The notes under the pieces are model-generated. The model was not told where the DNA came from and ran no database searches. It worked only from the letters and a program-made list of their open reading frames with translations. This document shows positions 58,952 to 64,000 of a DNA stretch of 64,000 nt, one piece after another. Both the position numbers and the translations under genes were made by a program. The DNA is taken from assembly GCA_964019335.1 (NCBI GenBank), contig OZ025648.1, positions 992,001 to 1,056,000 of the forward strand, in the 5' to 3' direction. The DNA comes from Diplonema japonicum (lineage: Eukaryota > Protista > Euglenozoa: Diplonemea). Numbering within the stretch: position 1 is the first letter of the stretch; the number at the start of each line of letters is the position of its first letter.

Positions 58952-59193
58952 AAAAGAAGAGGGGGGGAAGGGGGGAAATAAAGGGGGGAAGTGGTGATGA
59001 TCACTTTTCTTTTTTTTTTCTTTATAGTGAGTTTTTTTTTTTTTTTTTCATCTTTCATAGACCGAAGTCATCATGAGTCATAGGCCGATTGCCAAAGAAT
59101 CGTCTTATACTCGGCCTCCCCCCACCCAGTTACACGGGGGAGGGGGTAGAAAAAAAAAGAAGAAACAACAAAACACCAAAACACAAGATACAC

Positions 59194-59847
59194 ATGGGGT
59201 GCACGTGGTGTGGAAGCAACGCAGGCATGGATGAACTGCTTGAGGAGAATACCGGCCTGCTGGCAGAGATACGGAGGTTAGAGAATGCAAGGTATGGCGG
59301 AGATTATAAAAGAAAAAAAAAATTAAATAAATAATCAAGAAGAAAACTAGAAGCCTCCGTGGCTTCTGAGGCCTCAAAAAGGCGAGCCAACGAGAGCCAC
59401 CACTACTGCAGAGTGCTGCAGACCGAAGAGCTAAAACGCCATCTTGACGAAGACACAAGGCGGATGGAGGGAGAACTGGAAGAAACCCGCAAAGCCCTGA
59501 TGAAGGAACGGGCATCGCGAAAGAAGTGGCAAGAAAAAGCCGGCAGGATAGAAACCATGGGGAAAATGATGCTTGACAAAAAGGCTGGCGAAGTGCTCAA
59601 CAAAGAACTCGAAGGCATCGCTCTGCACGAAAAGAACAAACAACTGCTCAGCAGGATCAAAGAGCTCGAGCGGAAGCCTTTTACAAGGCATCACACCGGC
59701 TCATGCTTCCTCCCCGATTTCGAAACGCATTTCGACAACGATGACAAAGAAGCCATCGAGAGCATGCAGCTCTCCGCTGCACTGCTGGCCACAACCCTCC
59801 CCCGTGAGCCCACTCCGGAACCCGAGCATCTTCAGTGCTGCACGTAG
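59194..59847 (+). CDS. Hypothetical coiled-coil protein; probable intron 59292-59339
   Basis: A GTATGG..AAG intron joins MGCTWCGS... in frame to ORF 59359. Confidence 0.55.
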
Positions 59848-59915
59848 AAACTTGTATTTTTAAAACAGTTTTCTTTGACATACGTGCTTAAGTGCCCACG
59901 CTCCATCAAGGGGGA

Positions 59916-62900
59916 ATGGTGTGCAAACAGACAGTATTGTTGTTGGCGATAGTGACAGCATGCAGTTCGGTAACAGTGGACCTGGTTGAGGACAGGATGG
60001 CAGTGCTCATGAACAGTCAGGTATAAAAACAAACGGTGAGAACAAAAAAATAAATCTTACAGGTCGGGTGGTTCAGACAGTGGTCGTCGGGGAAGAACGG
60101 GAAGTACGCCAGAACAGACAACAAGGCGCCATGGGCTGACGAGCCGTACGAATACGTGCAGCTGAGGCTGGGCCAGGTGATGTTCGGGTACGGCAACGTG
60201 TCAACGGTCATCGTGGAGGAGGAGCTGAGCTACGCTGCGATCAGAGGGCGCCAGGTGATCTTGCAGTTCTACATCCATACTAATAACAAGGTATGCATGA
60301 TGGCCCGTCTTGCAACCACCACAGAACCTCAACGAGTCCGGCCAGATGCCTGACTTCATCGACCAGACACCAGGCATGAACTACTGCAAGGAGCACAACG
60401 GTGTCAGCACCTACTGGGTTGGTGACTGGGACAGCGAACCTATCTTAAAGGCCATCGAAGAAGTCGCTGCCGCCTTCGGTGCTGCTTTCAACGGCGACAA
60501 ACGCCTCTTTGCTGTTGAAGTCGGGTTCGTGGGTTTCGGAGGATACTGGACGCAAGGCCTGGACAACTACCAGGACAACAACGCAGCCAGGAAGTGCCCC
60601 ATGCCCTCCGACGCAGCTGCCAGACGCATCATCGGCTCCATGACCACCGCATTCTCACAGACATGGGTCCTCATGGCCAACCCGTGGAATCTCCCCGGCT
60701 TTGACTACACCCCATACACCAACTTGGGCATCCTCACCTTCTTTCCCGCTACAAATAATTACACCCAAGACCTGACTGAAGTCGGCCTTCAGGACAGATG
60801 GAAGACAGCCCCTGTCGTAGGCATCACAAACTCGTTATTCGAGAAGTGCTGGTGGGACGCAGACCCATCGGTGTCATGTGCAGCACTGGGTGTCAGCAGT
60901 GATGTCCCCACCTTCCGGGAGGCTCTGGATCAAACGAAGATCCTGACAGCGTACACGCCACGCACCTTCATCGAGTACAAGAACGACAATGCCGCCATCG
61001 AGAAGGCCAGGGACGAAGGGTACATGATGACAGGGGCAATGTTCCATCTCAGCTCTGTGTCGCTGCAGGTGTCAGGGTCATCGCTCAGGTTGTGCGCGCA
61101 GCTTAACAACATTGGAAGCTCTCCGTACTACGCAATGCCGCAGATGGCTTTCAAGATCTGGTTAAACATCCACGTGGATCAGTATGAGCTTCGCAGCTCC
61201 ACTCCTGTTAACGCGCTGCTTCCTGGGGAATCGGTGGCATACTCAGCAGAGGTGCCTTGGTTGGCAAACACGGACGAGTGCTCGGGGAACACCATCTGCA
61301 GCAACGTGGGGCAAGGATGCATCGACGACAACACCGACCCGTACTCCAGGGGGGACTGGTACTGCGTGTGCACGAATGGTGCTGGGAAGGATTTCAGAGA
61401 GCGTGCACGTCCTGCCGTGTGCAGGCTGACCACTGCCTATCAGTTCGACGATCTCACATGGTACAGTGACCAGGATAATTACACCCTCATCACAAAGAAC
61501 TCCTCCGAGATGCGCCTTACGAACCAATCGTGGGCCATGAGTATGTGGATCAACCTTCCCAGGTGCATGGACAAGAAGAAATGCGCCTCCGACGAGAAAT
61601 ATGTTTGGGACGCTGACGTTCTCGTCGGGCATCTCGACAAAAGGACGAAGTACACAGGCCTCGCGCTGATGTACGAGTCACGCAACCTTCGCAGCAAGTT
61701 CAGCTCCGCCGACTGCAACCCTTCCGGCAACAACCCCTATACGCAGATCAACGGGTGGACGCACGTTATCTTCAATTACGAACAACCAACGGAAACCATG
61801 TGGATCTATGAAAACGGTGTTCGGATACACAACTGCACGGGGATCAAACCCTACCTCGGTGAAGGGTTCCTCGCCATCGGGAAGAGGAATGAAACAACAT
61901 ATGCTTCTACCTTATTTGGGTGGATGAAGGAGTTCAGGGTGCTCAACGGTGTATTGGACGCCACTGATGTAGCACGCCTCTACGCGCCCACACCCCTTCT
62001 CGAGATCCCTGTACCCGCTAAGATCAAGCTTGACACCGACTTCAGGCTCCGCGACGTCGCTTTCGCATCGTCGCACCAGAACCTCACAAAGGAGATGCTT
62101 ACTATTTCTATCCCGTTGGATAGCCCGAAGACAAACGAAGGTTGTCTGACAGGGGGCCCCACCCCAAACCCCACTCCTGTGCCATGGGTTACCGTTGCAC
62201 CCCCAGCACACACAGACGGCTGCGACAACTTCACCCTCTCTGGGTTCAACGCCACCATCTTAACATCGGGTGGGGAGATCCCTGCGGGATGCGACGGTGA
62301 GTATTTCTTGGAAGGCCCGCGGTGGGTGAACAAGGATCACACGCGTGAGATATGGCGTGCGCCTTATGATGTGTACAGGTGCACCCTCATGGGGGGGAGC
62401 ATTGACGGGCCGCACCTTGGGACCTACGATGCAGCGTGGTGGGGGGAGCACCTCGTATGCACTGTGTACTCCACACCTGCACCGACACCTGTACCGACAC
62501 CGTTGCCTTCTGGCGAGACGTACCCTCCGGTGACGAACCCTCCTGACACGGCACTGCCTTCTTGGTCAGTGACAACGAAGGTACCTCTTACGGTTGCACC
62601 CAACACTGCGATGCCGACAGGGACGCCTGATACTGCCGCACCGGCAACGAGCTCGCCAGCCACCATGCCGCCTACTGTACCTGTGACACCATCGCCAGTT
62701 ATACCGAGTACAATTGCTCCAGGATCGCCTCCAGGGACAACGGTGTCACCGACTACAAGTTCGCCAGGTGGCGGTGGTGGTGGTAAAGAAACGCTGAGTC
62801 CAGGGCTCGGTGCGGGAGAGGATGAAGGCAGCAGTGGCGGGCTGAAGTGGTGGTTTTATTTTTTGATTTCTATAATTTCCGTGGTGCTGCTGGTTGCGGC

Positions 62901-63144
62901 AGTGGTGTGGTTCAAAGTGTGGAAGAAGAAACATGACGAGACGAGCAAAATGGATAGGTACAAAAAGCAGATTGCCGAAGGCAACGGGAGCAGAATCCTC
63001 GACTACCCCCTTGTGCACAACACGGCGCCCTCCCCGCTAGGGCCCCCTGCTGGAGAACCGAACTTCCACTACTCCGACCCTTCCCCAATGAACCCCGTGG
63101 GGCAAGACGCTTCTCCTGCACCTGAAGACACCTTTGTTCTTTAG
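59916..63144 (+). CDS. Type I surface protein: glycoside-hydrolase-like/DUF4832-like region, Cys-rich EGF-like module, LamG-like domain, Pro/Thr stalk, TM; introns 60021-60062 and 60291-60324
   Basis: Signal peptide MVCKQTVLLLAIVTACSS; AFNGDKRLFAVEVGFVG; RWKTAPVVG; NIGSSPYY; DEC..C..C..DWYCVC; WTHV..IYENG..LAIG..VARLY; TM WWFYFLISIISVVLLVAAVVWF. Confidence 0.8.
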
Positions 63145-63849
63145 ACTGATTGCCCTTTCTTGCCAATAAAAGGAGAAAAAATAATTGTTCACACACATGA
63201 ACCTTCTATTCATTTCGTCATTTTGTTGATGAAATTGAAAGGAAAAAGAATACGTATGGGGTGGGGGAAGGAGAATAAGAAAGGACGGCGGGAGAAAACG
63301 GTGGAAAAAAAAGAAAAGAAAAATACTGTTCCTCGTGGAGTCGTTCTCCTTTCTCCATCAGAGAACAAGAAAAAGAAGCGCGCCTTTCGTATCTGAACAT
63401 TCTTCCCCCTGGTGCTCCATTTTACAATTCATATTAACTTTATAATAAGAGTATTTTATTCTCTTTTTTTTTGTGACTTTTTTTTATTTTATAGCATTGT
63501 GTTCATGTTTGTCGGGGTTAGTATTGGTCTCCTGATCTTTTTTTTTCTTCCTGTTTCTTTTGTTGATGACATTCTTTTCACACACCCCCCCCCCACCCCC
63601 CCTTTTCTTTTACCTTCAAACCATCCCCCCCCTCCCCCTCTCCCGAAGATGAAAAGAAAAGAAAGAAAATGATCCCGCGCATTCACTTATTTCTATTTTT
63701 TTTAGCACGGTGTTTTATTATTTTTTTTTAAGGGAAAGAATTAGTTCCTTATTTTTATTTTTTTCCTTCCTTCTCATCCCCTCGTCATCCACAACAACAA
63801 CAACAACAAAAAAGAGAAATTAATCTTATAAAAAAAAAATAATTAAAAA

Positions 63850-64000
63850 ATGTCAGAAGCGATAATGCTGGGAACTTGGGATGCAAAGCGGCTTGTCGTG
63901 GAAGAAAACGGACAGGAAGATGACATCAAGCTCTGCAGAGGACACAGCACGGGGAACACAAAGGGAACGCTGTGCTTATCAAACGGGGGAAAGTGCTACA
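63850..64000 (+). CDS. Start of a hypothetical gene, truncated by the window end
   Basis: ATG after an A-tract, open to the end: MSEAIMLGTWDAKRLVVEENGQEDDIK... Confidence 0.5.
   Translation, partial: MSEAIMLGTWDAKRLVVEENGQEDDIKLCRGHSTGNTKGTLCLSNGGKCY

Overview
Eukaryotic (protist) genomic DNA. About 27 host coding regions all lie on the + strand. They carry short GT-AG cis introns, A-tracts before start codons and pyrimidine-rich spacers. This combination points to a euglenozoan, probably a diplonemid (inference, not proven). Recognisable genes: a rhodanese-like protein, IFT56/TTC26, three tandem copies of a 65-aa basic protein (probable divergent eL29), GINS Psf1, a Ser/Thr kinase, two RPN12 paralogues sharing an identical 454-bp core, a questin-oxidase-family protein, a TFIIS-like protein, a membrane-anchored protein with 16 thyroglobulin type-1 domains, an exportin-5-like karyopherin, two SK-type K+ channel subunits (one lacking GYG), a TTL-family ligase, a class 3 lipase, cyclophilin PPIL1, and a surface protein with a probably inactive glycoside-hydrolase-like domain. 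Spacers and large introns hold many mobile elements: two near-identical inverted pogo-type copies, two ~1-kb TA-flanked elements, hAT-like and piggyBac-like MITEs, a deleted piggyBac and truncated LINE ends. The most notable observations are the thyroglobulin-repeat surface protein, the A-tract intron architecture, the mosaic RPN12 pair and the channel pair. All calls come from reading motifs by eye; no database search was run.
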